Part shown: positions 19,119 through 28,017 of the stretch, piece after piece
How positions within the stretch are numbered: position 1 is the stretch's first letter
Layout of the letters: every line of letters begins with the position of its first letter
Source: Thermodesulfobacteriota bacterium
GTDB lineage: Bacteria > DASVDK01
Length of the DNA stretch: 64,000 nucleotides
Direction of reading: 5' to 3'
Assembly (NCBI GenBank): GCA_036381125.1
Contig: DASVDK010000177.1
Coordinates: forward strand, 6,104-70,103
Notes under the pieces: model-generated
Databases searched by the model: none
What the model saw: the letters and a program-made list of their open reading frames with translations, nothing else
Told to the model about the DNA's origin: nothing
Position numbers and translations under genes: made by a program

Positions 19119-19891
19119 GCGGCCGGCAGGGACAGGACGGCGCCGCGGGCCACGCCGAAGGCGTCGAGGTGACCGGTCACCGTCCGCCCGGGGTCGAGCA
19201 GGTGGACGTGGATCCGCTCGCCCGGGTGGCTGATGACCCCCTCGAGCGCCGCGCCGGAATGGAAGCCCACCAGGTCGGCCGCCATCCGATCGCCCCGCCG
19301 GACGACCCGGGCCGCGGCGGCGTGCCTGCCGCGACCGCCGTGCCCACCTCGGCCGCCGTGCCCGCCGCCCGGCGGCTCGCCGGGACCGGCCAGCACGTGC
19401 CAGGCGTAGCCGGTGACGACGCCCCGCACGAGGAAGGGGAAGGGGCGGGAAACGTCGATGCCGCGGCGCCCCGCCGTCGCGGCGACCGCCGCCTCGAGCG
19501 CGGGCATGGAGGCGAGGTCGGCCTCGACCGGCTCCGCCGTCCAGCGGTCCACCCGGGCGGTCACGAGGAGGGCCGCCTCGGCGTCGCGAGGCGCCGGCAC
19601 GATCCTGCCGTCGGCTCGCCGACCGTAGCTCACGAAGAGGCGGCTCCCCTCCGCGGTCACCTCGCCCTCGAGGCCCGCCAGGGCGCCGACGGCGTAGACG
19701 CCGGGCGCGGCGACCGCATCGGCGAGCCTCACCCGCCCGGCGACGGCGCCGTCGCGCATCATCCGCTCGAAGTGGCCGTAGACGCGGATGTCGAAGGGCA
19801 GGTCGTCGGCGGCGCGGGCGAGGCGGGGCGGCGCCGCGAGGCTGCCGGCGGCCACGGCGAGGAGCGTGCGGCGAGTGAGCCGAGCGCGCAT
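19115..19891 (-). CDS. alpha-acetolactate decarboxylase family protein with a Tat signal and a Gly/His/Arg-rich insert
   Basis: Twin-arginine motif TRRTLLAVAAGSLAAP…ARA. ALDC-like blocks GVYAVGALAGLEGEVTAEGSRLFVSYG and ADLVGFHSGAALEGVISHPGERIHVHLLD. A strong SD GGGAGGAT sits 5 nt before the ATG at 19891. Confidence 0.7.
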   Translation of the reverse strand: MRARLTRRTLLAVAAGSLAAPPRLARAADDLPFDIRVYGHFERMMRDGAVAGRVRLADAVAAPGVYAVGALAGLEGEVTAEGSRLFVSYGRRADGRIVPAPRDAEAALLVTARVDRWTAEPVEADLASMPALEAAVAATAGRRGIDVSRPFPFLVRGVVTGYAWHVLAGPGEPPGGGHGGRGGHGGRGRHAAAARVVRRGDRMAADLVGFHSGAALEGVISHPGERIHVHLLDPGRTVTGHLDAFGVARGAVLSLPAA

Positions 19892-19948
19892 GGGGTATCC
19901 TCCCGGTGCGGGTCCGCCGGCCACTCTGCCGCGGGCCGTCCGGCTCGC

Positions 19949-19966
19949 ATATGATCCGGATCATAT
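19949..19966. promoter_or_regulatory. perfect 18-bp palindrome ATATGATCCGGATCATAT (FNR/CRP-like TGAT-N4-ATCA box)
   Basis: Seen directly. Its centre lies about 66 nt upstream of the decarboxylase ATG, and a Crp/Fnr regulator gene is the second gene of the same operon. Confidence 0.55.
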
Positions 19967-20293
19967 CATCCGGCGGAGGTCGGCGCGGCCAGCGCCCTGG
20001 GAGTGGACGTGTCCGAGCGGATGCTGGCGCGTGCGAAGGCGGAGACCCGGGACGCGGCGATCTCGTATATCAGGGCCGACCTGGAGGGCCTTCTGGGCAG
20101 GGTCCACGCGGCGCTTGCGCCCGGCGGCCATCTGCTCTTCTCGGTCGAGCACCCGATCGTTACCGCGCCCACCGATCCAGGCTGGTCGGTCGATGCCGCG
20201 AGACGCGCGGCGTGGCCCGTCCGCGGGTACCCCGACGAGGGCCCCCGTCGCACGGATTGGCTCGTGGCGTGCCGCTGTTCGACCTACCGGTAG
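19955..20293 (+). pseudogene. 5'-truncated class I SAM-dependent methyltransferase remnant
   Basis: The frame reads …GVDVSERMLARAKAETRDAAISYIRADLEGL…LAPGGHLLFSVEHP… (post-I and motif II regions). The GxGxG motif I is missing because an in-frame stop lies at 19952-19954. Confidence 0.5.
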
Positions 20294-21072
20294 CCGGTCG
20301 CGTCCGCCGGTCTGCCGGCCTCCTGAACCTCCCGGATGTAGCGCCAGCAGTCCGGTTGCGATCCGTCGAGGTCGGTGAAGCCGTAGACCTTCGCGAGCCC
20401 GCCGCTCGAGAGCGACTGTCCCGTCCAGCGGGCCTTCTGCGGGTCGGCGGCGAGCGCGGCGACGGCGCGTCCGACGAAGCGCGGGGACTCGGAGATCACG
20501 AAGTGGGGCGACCTGGCCGTGGCGTCGCGCCAGTTCTCCTCGGTGACGCCGTAGGTGTCGAGCATCATCTCGGAGCGCATCCACCCCGGCGTGATCGACA
20601 CCGCCGTGGCGCCGTGGCGCGCGAGGTCCCTGGCGTGCGCCCAGGCCATCCGTATGGCGGCGACCTTGGCGAGGTCGTAGAAGACCGACAGGCGGTAGTG
20701 GTCCGCGTTGTACTCCGCCGTGCCGCCGGTCACCTCGACCATGAGGCCGCCGGGGTTCGCGATTCGAACAGGCGTTCGCCGCCCCAGATGTCGTTCACCA
20801 GGACGTCGAGCCGTCCCGTTCCGTCCGGATTCGCGCGACCAGCGCTTCGACCTCGCTCGGGACGAGATGGTCGACGCGAACCGCGATGCCCTCGCCGCCG
20901 GCCCCGGTGACCAACGCCGCGGTCTCCTCGATGGTCTCGGGACGGCCGTACTCCGACATCTGGCTTCGGGTGGTGCGGCCGGTCACGTAGACCGTGGCGC
21001 CTGCCGCGCCGAGCTCGATCGCGATTCCGCGCCCCGCGTCGCGCCGGCGACGAGCGCCACCTTTCCCTCGAG
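20284..21072 (-). pseudogene. SDR-family oxidoreductase disrupted by frameshifts and an internal deletion
   Basis: The N-terminus MRSLEGKVALVAGATRGAG reads in one frame. …GRGIAIELGAAGATVYVTGR…RIRTERDG reads in a second. RLDVLVNDIWGGERLFE reads in a third. …GGLMVEVTGGTAEYNADHYRLSVFYDLAKVAAIRMAW… is in yet another frame. About 40 expected residues between WGGERLFE and PGGL are missing. Confidence 0.55.
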
Positions 21073-21263
21073 CGATCGCATCCGTTCGCCCCGATCTCGC
21101 GCGCGTGTCGCGCGCGGCCTCCGTGACCTGCCCCCCGGCTCGGACGTCTCCGGGCGCCCGGGTCTCCTGGGTGCAGGGTGGCGCCGGCGGGCCGGGCGGC
21201 CAACGCACGCGGCGCCTGCGACGGGCCCCCGCGCCGGTCGAGGACCTGACCTGGTCCCCGGAC

Positions 21264-22055
21264 CTAGGCCCCGTCCCCCTTCGCCAGCACGCGTGCGAGG
21301 AAGCGCCGCGTCCGGTCGTGGCGCGGGTTGCCGAGCACCTCGTCGGGCGGCCCCTCCTCGACGATCACGCCCCCGTCCATGAACACGACCCGGTCGGCCA
21401 CCTCGCGGGCGAAGCCCATCTCGTGCGTCACGACCACCATCGTCATGCCGTCGGCGGCGAGCCCGCGCATCACCTTGAGCACCTCGCCGACGAGTTCCGG
21501 GTCGAGCGCGGAGGTGACCTCGTCGAAGAGCATGATCTCGGGCTCCATCGCCAGCGCACGCGCGATGGCCACCCGCTGCTGCTGCCCGCCCGAGAGGCGC
21601 GAGGGGTACTGGTCCGCCTTCTCGGCGAGGCCGACCCGGGCGAGCTACCGCCGGCCGATCTCGAGCGCCTGCTCCCGGGGGAGCTTGCGGACGACGAGCA
21701 GCGCCTCGATGACGTTGCCGAGGGCGGTCCTGTGCGGCCAGAGGTTGTAGGCCTGGAAGACGATGCCGATCCGCTGGCGCATGGCGTTGAGGCGAGCCGC
21801 CGAGTCGCGCACCCAGCCGCCGGCCGGGCCCTCGCGCAGGCCGATCGGCTCGCCGTTGATGTACACCATCCCCCGGGTCGGCTCCTCGAGGAAGTTGATG
21901 CAGCGCAGCAGCGTGCTCTTGCCGGAGCCCGAAGGGCCGATCAGGCAGAGGACCTCGCCCCGCCCGATCTCGAGGTCGATTCCCCTCAGCACCTCGAAGC
22001 TGCCGAAGGACTTGTGGAGGCCGACGATCTTCACGGCGGGGACGTCGGCAGTCAT
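21264..22055 (-). pseudogene. polar amino acid ABC transporter ATP-binding protein (GlnQ-like) with an in-frame amber stop
   Basis: Walker A GPSGSGKSTLL. After …LEIGRR a TAG sits at 21645-21647 where a Tyr codon is expected. The same frame then continues [42 protein letters not shown]…. Confidence 0.6.
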
Positions 22056-22714
22056 CAGCGGAGATGCCTCGTCACGCGGCGCTCGAGGACCCGGCCGCCC
22101 CACGCGACGACGTCCGTGAGCGCCCAGTACATGAGCCCCGAGAGGATCAGGGCCTCGAAGGGGGCGTAGCTCTCGGCGATGACCTGGTAGGCGCGGTAGG
22201 TCAGCTCCGGCACGGTGATGACCGACAGGATCGAGGACCACTTGAGGACGCCGGTGAACTCGTTCGTCAGGGCGGGCGTCACGAGGGCGGCCATGATCGG
22301 CACCGTGACGCGGCGCAGCGTCTGCCAGTAGCTCATGCCGAGCGACCGTGCCGCCTCGATCTGCCCCTTGTGCACCGCCGTGATCCCCGCCCGGAAGATC
22401 TCCGACGTGTACGCGCCGACGTAGAGGGACAGGGACGTCACGCCGGACACGACCGGGGGCAGGGTGAGGTGATAGTAGGGGGCCGCCGCGTACAGGAAGT
22501 AGACCTGGACGAGGAGCGGCGTCCCCCGGATCAGCTCGACGTAGCCGCGGGCGACGAGCCGAAGCGGCCGCCACGGCGAGAGGCGCGCGACCGCCGTGAG
22601 GAGGCCGAGGGCCAGGCCGATCGCCATGGAGAGGACGGAGATCCACACCGTCGTCACGGAGGCGCGCACGAACAGGGGCCAGATCTCGGCGAGGAGCGCC
22701 TGGTCGAGGACCAT
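22055..22714 (-). CDS. polar amino acid ABC transporter permease
   Basis: MVLDQALLAEIWPLF…, an EAA-like loop and a polytopic profile. Its stop overlaps the ATG of the downstream ATPase gene. Confidence 0.8.
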   Translation of the reverse strand: MVLDQALLAEIWPLFVRASVTTVWISVLSMAIGLALGLLTAVARLSPWRPLRLVARGYVELIRGTPLLVQVYFLYAAAPYYHLTLPPVVSGVTSLSLYVGAYTSEIFRAGITAVHKGQIEAARSLGMSYWQTLRRVTVPIMAALVTPALTNEFTGVLKWSSILSVITVPELTYRAYQVIAESYAPFEALILSGLMYWALTDVVAWGGRVLERRVTRHLR

Positions 22715-23394
22715 CAGCGGTGCGCCACGAGGCGCCGCTCGAGCGCGTGCGACGCCCAGAAGATGGCCGCGTTGACGAGCAGGTAGAGGAGCGCCACCGC
22801 GAAGTAGATCTCGAGCGGGCGCAGGAGGCGGCCGACGAGCTGGTGGCCGGCGCGCGTCAGCTCGATGATGGCCAGCACCGAGATCAGGGAGGAGCCCTTG
22901 AGGAGGCTCGCCGCCTCGTTCGTGAGGGCCGGCAGGACGTTGCCGACCACCTGGGGGAGCACGATGCGACGGACCGCCTGCCACTGCGTCATGCCGAGCG
23001 AGCGCGCGCTCTCCACCTGGCCCTTCGGGAGGGCCACGATCCCGCCCCGCAGGATCTCGGCCGTGTACGCGCCGCCGTTCAGGCCGAGGGCGAGCACCGC
23101 CGACTGGAGCGGGGTGAGGTCGATCCCGACGAGCGGGGGCAGGTAGAAGATGGCGTAGAGCTGGATGAGGAGCGGCGTGCCCCGGACGGCGTCGACGTAG
23201 AGGAACGCAAGTGCCCGGACGGCACGCGAGGCCGACAGCCGCGCGAAGGCGACCGGGACCGCGAGGACGCCCGCCAGCAGGATCCCGAGCGCCGAGATCT
23301 GAAGGGTGACGAGAGCCCCCCGGACGAGGACCGGGAGGCTCTCGACGACGACGCCCGGGTCGAACCCGGGCAGAACGTCCGCAAAGCCGGCCAC
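22714..23394 (-). CDS. polar amino acid ABC transporter permease
   Basis: 226 aa HisM/GlnP-like permease. Its stop overlaps the start of the next permease. Confidence 0.8.
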   Translation of the reverse strand: MAGFADVLPGFDPGVVVESLPVLVRGALVTLQISALGILLAGVLAVPVAFARLSASRAVRALAFLYVDAVRGTPLLIQLYAIFYLPPLVGIDLTPLQSAVLALGLNGGAYTAEILRGGIVALPKGQVESARSLGMTQWQAVRRIVLPQVVGNVLPALTNEAASLLKGSSLISVLAIIELTRAGHQLVGRLLRPLEIYFAVALLYLLVNAAIFWASHALERRLVAHR

Positions 23395-23397
23395 CGC

Positions 23398-24240
23398 CTA
23401 CTTGGCGTAGACCACCTGGTCGGGTACGTCCATGGGCCCGCCGAACCACTTGATCTGCAGCTCTCGCAGCGTGCCGTCCTTCTTGAGGGCGAGGATGCGC
23501 TGGCTGAACCAGTCGGCCAGCTCCTGGTCCTCCTTGCGGGTCGCCCACGAGAAGAAGGTCTGCTCGCCGAGCTGCCCGGCCGTCTTGTACTTGCCCGGCT
23601 GCTGCTTGATCAGGTAGAGCGCGTTCGGCAGGCCGTTCAGCGTGGCGTCGAGCCGGCCGTTCTCCACGTCGGTGTAGATCTCGGCGAAACCGACGTACTC
23701 GCGCAACTCCTTGATCGGCGCCCGCCCCTTGCGCGCCAGGTCCTCGCTGAGCGCCCTGGCGGCGGCGAGGTAGCGCGTGCCCTGCGGCGCGCCGACCACC
23801 TTGCCCGACAGGTCCTCGGGCTTCGTCACCGCTGCGTTGTCCGCCCTGGTGATGATCGTGGCCGTGCCGACCGCCGTGGGAACGGTGAACGCGAAGCGGC
23901 GCGCCCGCTCCTCGGTGGCGAAGAGCGCGGTCACCACGGCGTCGAACTTCTTCCCCTGGAGCCCTGCGAGGAGGGACTGGAAGGGGACGTCGAGCTGGGT
24001 GATCTTCACCCCCTGCTCGGTGAGGTCCTTCATCACCAGCGCGAAGAGATCGGCGTGGTAGCCGATGATCTTGCCGTCCTTCACGAACTCGAACGGCGCG
24101 TAGCCGGCCTCCGTCCCGACGACGATCTCCTTCCTGGCCTTGATCTCGTCGAGGATGCCGGCCGTGGCGGGGGCGGCGGAGAGGGCCGCCGCCAGCGCGA
24201 GGGCCGCCGCCGTCGTCCAGGGCGCGAGCAGTCTCGTCAT
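23398..24240 (-). CDS. polar amino acid ABC transporter substrate-binding protein (family 3)
   Basis: Signal peptide MTRLLAPWTTAAALALAAALSAAPATAG followed by a periplasmic binding fold. Confidence 0.85.
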   Translation of the reverse strand: MTRLLAPWTTAAALALAAALSAAPATAGILDEIKARKEIVVGTEAGYAPFEFVKDGKIIGYHADLFALVMKDLTEQGVKITQLDVPFQSLLAGLQGKKFDAVVTALFATEERARRFAFTVPTAVGTATIITRADNAAVTKPEDLSGKVVGAPQGTRYLAAARALSEDLARKGRAPIKELREYVGFAEIYTDVENGRLDATLNGLPNALYLIKQQPGKYKTAGQLGEQTFFSWATRKEDQELADWFSQRILALKKDGTLRELQIKWFGGPMDVPDQVVYAK

Positions 24241-24300
24241 GCAACCCTCCTCTCCCGGTGGTTGTTAGGATACATGAAAATACGTCTTCGGAGGCGGCTC

Positions 24301-25131
24301 ATGACGGAGAACCTCTGGCCCTCGGGCACCCGCTGCCCGGTCACGCTCACGGTGGACGTGGACGGCATGTCGGTCTGGCTCAACCGGGGGCCCGAGTTCG
24401 CCCGACTGCCGTCCATCTGCTCCATGGGGGAGTACGGCCCGAACGTGGGCGTCCCGCGGATCCTCGACCTGCTCGACGCCGAGGGGGTGAAGGCCACCTT
24501 CTTCGTGCCCGGCTTCGAGGCGGAGCACCACCCGGCGCTCGTGCGGGACATCCTTGCCCGCGGGCACGAGGTCGCCCACCACGGCTACAAGCACGAGCAC
24601 GTCTGGAAGCTCTCGCCCGAGGCGGAGCGGGAGGTGTTCCTGCGCGGCCTCAAGGCCTTGCAGGACGTGACCGGCCAGACCCCGCGCGGCTGGCGCGCGC
24701 CAGGCGGGGAGATGAGCCCCCACTCGATCGACCTCCTCGCCGAGCACGGCTTCCTCTACTCGAGCAGCCAGATGGGGAACGACGTTCCCTATCCGGCGAG
24801 CGAGCGGCAGCCGGAGATCGTCGAGGTGCCGATCCACTGGATGCTCGACGACTACAGCTACTTCTTCTACCAGCCGTGGGTGGGGGCGGGCGCTCCGCCC
24901 GCCACGCCGGACCACGCCTTCGCGGCCTTCTCGGCGGAGTTCGACGGGCTCTACCGGTTCGGCCGCATGTTCATGGTCGTCATGCACCCCGAGATCACGG
25001 GGCGGGCGTCGCGACTGACGGTGCTCGAGCGGATCATCCGGCACGCCAGGAGCCGGCCGGGTGTCCGCTTCATGCGGGTCGTGGACCTCGTCGAGACCTG
25101 GGTGGCGACCCGGGCCGGGGGGCCTCGCTAG
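24301..25131 (+). CDS. polysaccharide deacetylase family protein (NodB homology domain)
   Basis: NodB-type blocks LTVDVD, ATFFVPG and HGYKHEH. ATG at 24301 with a GGAGG SD, inside a larger artifactual track ORF. Confidence 0.8.
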   Translation: MTENLWPSGTRCPVTLTVDVDGMSVWLNRGPEFARLPSICSMGEYGPNVGVPRILDLLDAEGVKATFFVPGFEAEHHPALVRDILARGHEVAHHGYKHEHVWKLSPEAEREVFLRGLKALQDVTGQTPRGWRAPGGEMSPHSIDLLAEHGFLYSSSQMGNDVPYPASERQPEIVEVPIHWMLDDYSYFFYQPWVGAGAPPATPDHAFAAFSAEFDGLYRFGRMFMVVMHPEITGRASRLTVLERIIRHARSRPGVRFMRVVDLVETWVATRAGGPR

Positions 25132-25737
25132 GGGCGGCCGGCGGCCGCGTTGCCGAAGGCGCGTTCGGCATCGGCCACCGTCGTGAGGCGGCAGAAGACG
25201 TGCGAGAGGCAGAGGAGCGCGGCGCGGTGGCGCTCGAGACTCGTGGCGGCCACGCCGTCCTCGACGAGGAAGACGCGGTAGTCGAGGTTCCGGGCGCGCT
25301 GGACGGTCGCGCTCACGCAGACGTCGGTGCAGACGCCGGCGACGACGAGCTGGCGGACGCCGAGCATGCGCAGCAGGCCGTCGAGGTCGGTCCCCTCGAA
25401 GGCGTCGTACCGGCGCTTGCTCGTGATGTGGTAGTCCCCGGGCGCGACCGCGAGGCCGGCAACGAGGTCGGCGCCGGGCGTGCCTTCGATGCAGTGGATC
25501 GCCTCGTACTCGAGCTCGATGCCGAAGTCCGAGAGGTCCGGCCGGTGGCGTTCGTGCGTGAAAATCACCGGCACGCCGGCCGACCGGGCGGCGGCGGTGA
25601 GGCGGTTGATCCGGGGGACGAGGGCGAGGCCGTCCAGCGTCTCCGCCGGCGCGCCGGGGTCGAGGAAGTCGCGTTGCATGTCGATGACGAGCACTGCGGC
25701 ACCTTCCGCGGAGAGCGGGGGCGACGGTCGTACGGGT
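25128..25737 (-). CDS. isochorismatase-family cysteine hydrolase
   Basis: AAVLVIDMQRDF…IFTHE…CVSATVQRA is the Asp/Lys/Cys triad layout. The GTG start is approximate. Confidence 0.7.
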
Positions 25738-25802
25738 CGTGGCACGGCGATCCCTCGTCGAGGCCACGATTGTAGCCGGCGGTCCGCCGAGAAGGGAGAG
25801 AG

Positions 25803-26513
25803 ATGCACGAGGACGACATCTACCGGCAGCTCAAGGCCGCGATCGTCGGCCATCGTCTGCCTCCCGGGACGCGGCTCGCGGAGGAGTCGCTGGCCGAGGC
25901 CTTCGGCGTGAGCCGGACGCCGATGCGCAACGTCCTGCGCCGGCTCTCCTACGAGCGGCTCGTCGTGATCGAGCGCAACCGGGGCGCGTCGGTCTGCTCG
26001 CCGTCCCCCCAGGACGCCCGCGAGGTCTTCGAGATGCGCCGGATCCTCGAGGACGCGGTCGTGCAGCGGATCGCCTCGCGGCTCGGCCCGGACGATCTCG
26101 CGAGGCTCAGGGAGATCGACGCGGCCGACGCCGCGGCCGCGGCCCGGGGCGACTTCCCGGCCTCGGTGCGCATCGCCGTCGACTTCCACCTGACGCTCGC
26201 CAGGTTCACCGGCAACAGCCTGCTCGTGCGCAGCCTCACGGAGCTGGTCGACCTCACCTACGTCATCATCGCCCTCTACGGGCAACGGTTCGAGGAGATC
26301 GGCCGGACGGAGGGGCACGAGGCGCTCCTCGCCGCGCTCGAGGCGCGCGACGAGGCTCGCGCCCGCGCCGTCATGCGCGAGCACCTCGACCGGCTGGTCG
26401 CCGATCTCGACTACTCGCGTCCGGCCAGCCGGGAGATCGACTTCCGGCGCCTCTTCGCCCCGGCCTGGCAGAGCCGCCGGGGGGTCATCGGCGCACGCGG
26501 AAGAGGGCGCTGA
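25803..26513 (+). CDS. GntR-family (FadR/FCD-type) transcriptional regulator
   Basis: wHTH ESLAEAFGVSRTPMRNVLRRLSYERLV plus a helical FCD domain. SD gaagggagag. Divergent from the isochorismatase gene. Confidence 0.8.
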   Translation: MHEDDIYRQLKAAIVGHRLPPGTRLAEESLAEAFGVSRTPMRNVLRRLSYERLVVIERNRGASVCSPSPQDAREVFEMRRILEDAVVQRIASRLGPDDLARLREIDAADAAAAARGDFPASVRIAVDFHLTLARFTGNSLLVRSLTELVDLTYVIIALYGQRFEEIGRTEGHEALLAALEARDEARARAVMREHLDRLVADLDYSRPASREIDFRRLFAPAWQSRRGVIGARGRGR

Positions 26514-28017
26514 GGAGCCGCTTCACGCCCGGCGTGAGCTTCCTCCGACGCCACGCGTCCGCGGCCTTCCTCACGACCTCGGCCTGGGTGGGGTAGGGGT
26601 GGATCGTCCGGGCGATGGCGCCGAGGCCGATGCCGGCCGTGCAGGCGAGCGCGAGTTCGCCGACGATGTCCCCCGCGTGCTCGGCCACGATCGTGGCGCC
26701 GAGGATCCGATCGCCGCCGGCCTCGACGTGCACGCGCAGGAACCCCTCCGTCGCGCCGTCGAGCACGGCGCGGTCGACCTCCTCGAGCGGCACGGTGATG
26801 GTCTCCGCCGGGATGCCGGCCCGCGCCGCATCCGCTGCGGACATCCCGACGTGAGCGACCTCCGGGCTCGTGTAGGTGCACCGGGGCACCACGAGGCGCG
26901 AGGCCTTGCCGCGGCCGAAGAAGAGGGCGTTGGCCACGACGAGGCGCGCCTGGGCGTCGGCCACGTGGGTGAACTGGAGGCGCGAGCAGACGTCGCCGAT
27001 GGCGTAGACCCTCGGGTTCGTCGTGCGGAGCCGGTCGTCCACCGTCACGCCGCCCGGGCCGCAGGCGACGCCCGCCCGGGCGAGGTCGAGCGACTCGACA
27101 TTGGGCGTGCGGCCGGTCGCGACGAGGATCGCGTCCGCGACGACGGTCTCCAGCCGGCCGCCCTGTCGGACGTGGATCGCCGCCCCGGCGCCGCGCCGCT
27201 CCACCCGCTCGAGCGCGACCCCCGCCTGCACGACGACGCCGTCGCGCGTCATCGAGGCCTCGACCAGGCGCGCGGCGTCGGGGTCCTCCCGGGGCAGGAT
27301 CCGGGGCGCGGCCTCGAGCAACGTCACCCGGCTGCCGAACCGGGCGAACGCCTGCGCCAGCTCGCAGCCGGCGGCGCCCGCGCCGATCACCGCGAGGCGT
27401 TCGGGCAGGGACTCGAGCGAGAAGACGGTCTCGTTGGTGAGGGGGGCGGCTTCGGCGAGGCCGGGGACGGGCGGAATCGTGGGGCGCGCGCCGGTGGCGA
27501 TGACGCAGCGCCGGAAGACGAGCCGCGCGCCGTTCACCTCGACGGCGTCCGGGCCGGCGAAACGCCCCTCGCCGAGGAACACGTCCACGCCGAGGTCGCG
27601 GTAGCGACGGACGCTGTCGGTCTTCGAGAGGTCGGCGCGCAGCCGGCGCATGCGGCGCATCGCCGCGCCGAAGTCGCCCGGGCCCGAGACCGCCGGTGCG
27701 CCGAAGGCCTCGGCGCCGCGGCGGGTCTCGTGCCACGCGCGCGCCGCGCGAATCAGGGCCTTCGAGGGGACGCAGCCCACGTTGAGGCAGTCGCCGCCCA
27801 TGAGACGGCGCTCGACGAGCGCCACGCGAGCCCCGAGGGCGGCGGCCGCCGCCGCGGTGACGAGCCCGCCCGGCCCCGCGCCGATGACGACCAGGTGGTA
27901 GCGCGACTTCGGGTCGGGGTTGACGTAGCCGTCCGGGTGGACGTTGGCGAGGTGTCGGCGGTTCGCCTCGTCGAGCGGGTGGACGAGGCCGGGCGGACTA
28001 CCGTCCCGCGGCGGCAT
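26485..28017 (-). CDS. FAD-dependent pyridine nucleotide-disulfide oxidoreductase (mercuric reductase/dihydrolipoamide dehydrogenase family)
   Basis: FAD fold VVIGAGPGG, redox-active disulfide GGDCLNVGCVPSK and a C-terminal dimerisation domain. Confidence 0.8.
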   Translation of the reverse strand: MPPRDGSPPGLVHPLDEANRRHLANVHPDGYVNPDPKSRYHLVVIGAGPGGLVTAAAAAALGARVALVERRLMGGDCLNVGCVPSKALIRAARAWHETRRGAEAFGAPAVSGPGDFGAAMRRMRRLRADLSKTDSVRRYRDLGVDVFLGEGRFAGPDAVEVNGARLVFRRCVIATGARPTIPPVPGLAEAAPLTNETVFSLESLPERLAVIGAGAAGCELAQAFARFGSRVTLLEAAPRILPREDPDAARLVEASMTRDGVVVQAGVALERVERRGAGAAIHVRQGGRLETVVADAILVATGRTPNVESLDLARAGVACGPGGVTVDDRLRTTNPRVYAIGDVCSRLQFTHVADAQARLVVANALFFGRGKASRLVVPRCTYTSPEVAHVGMSAADAARAGIPAETITVPLEEVDRAVLDGATEGFLRVHVEAGGDRILGATIVAEHAGDIVGELALACTAGIGLGAIARTIHPYPTQAEVVRKAADAWRRRKLTPGVKRLLSALFRVRR

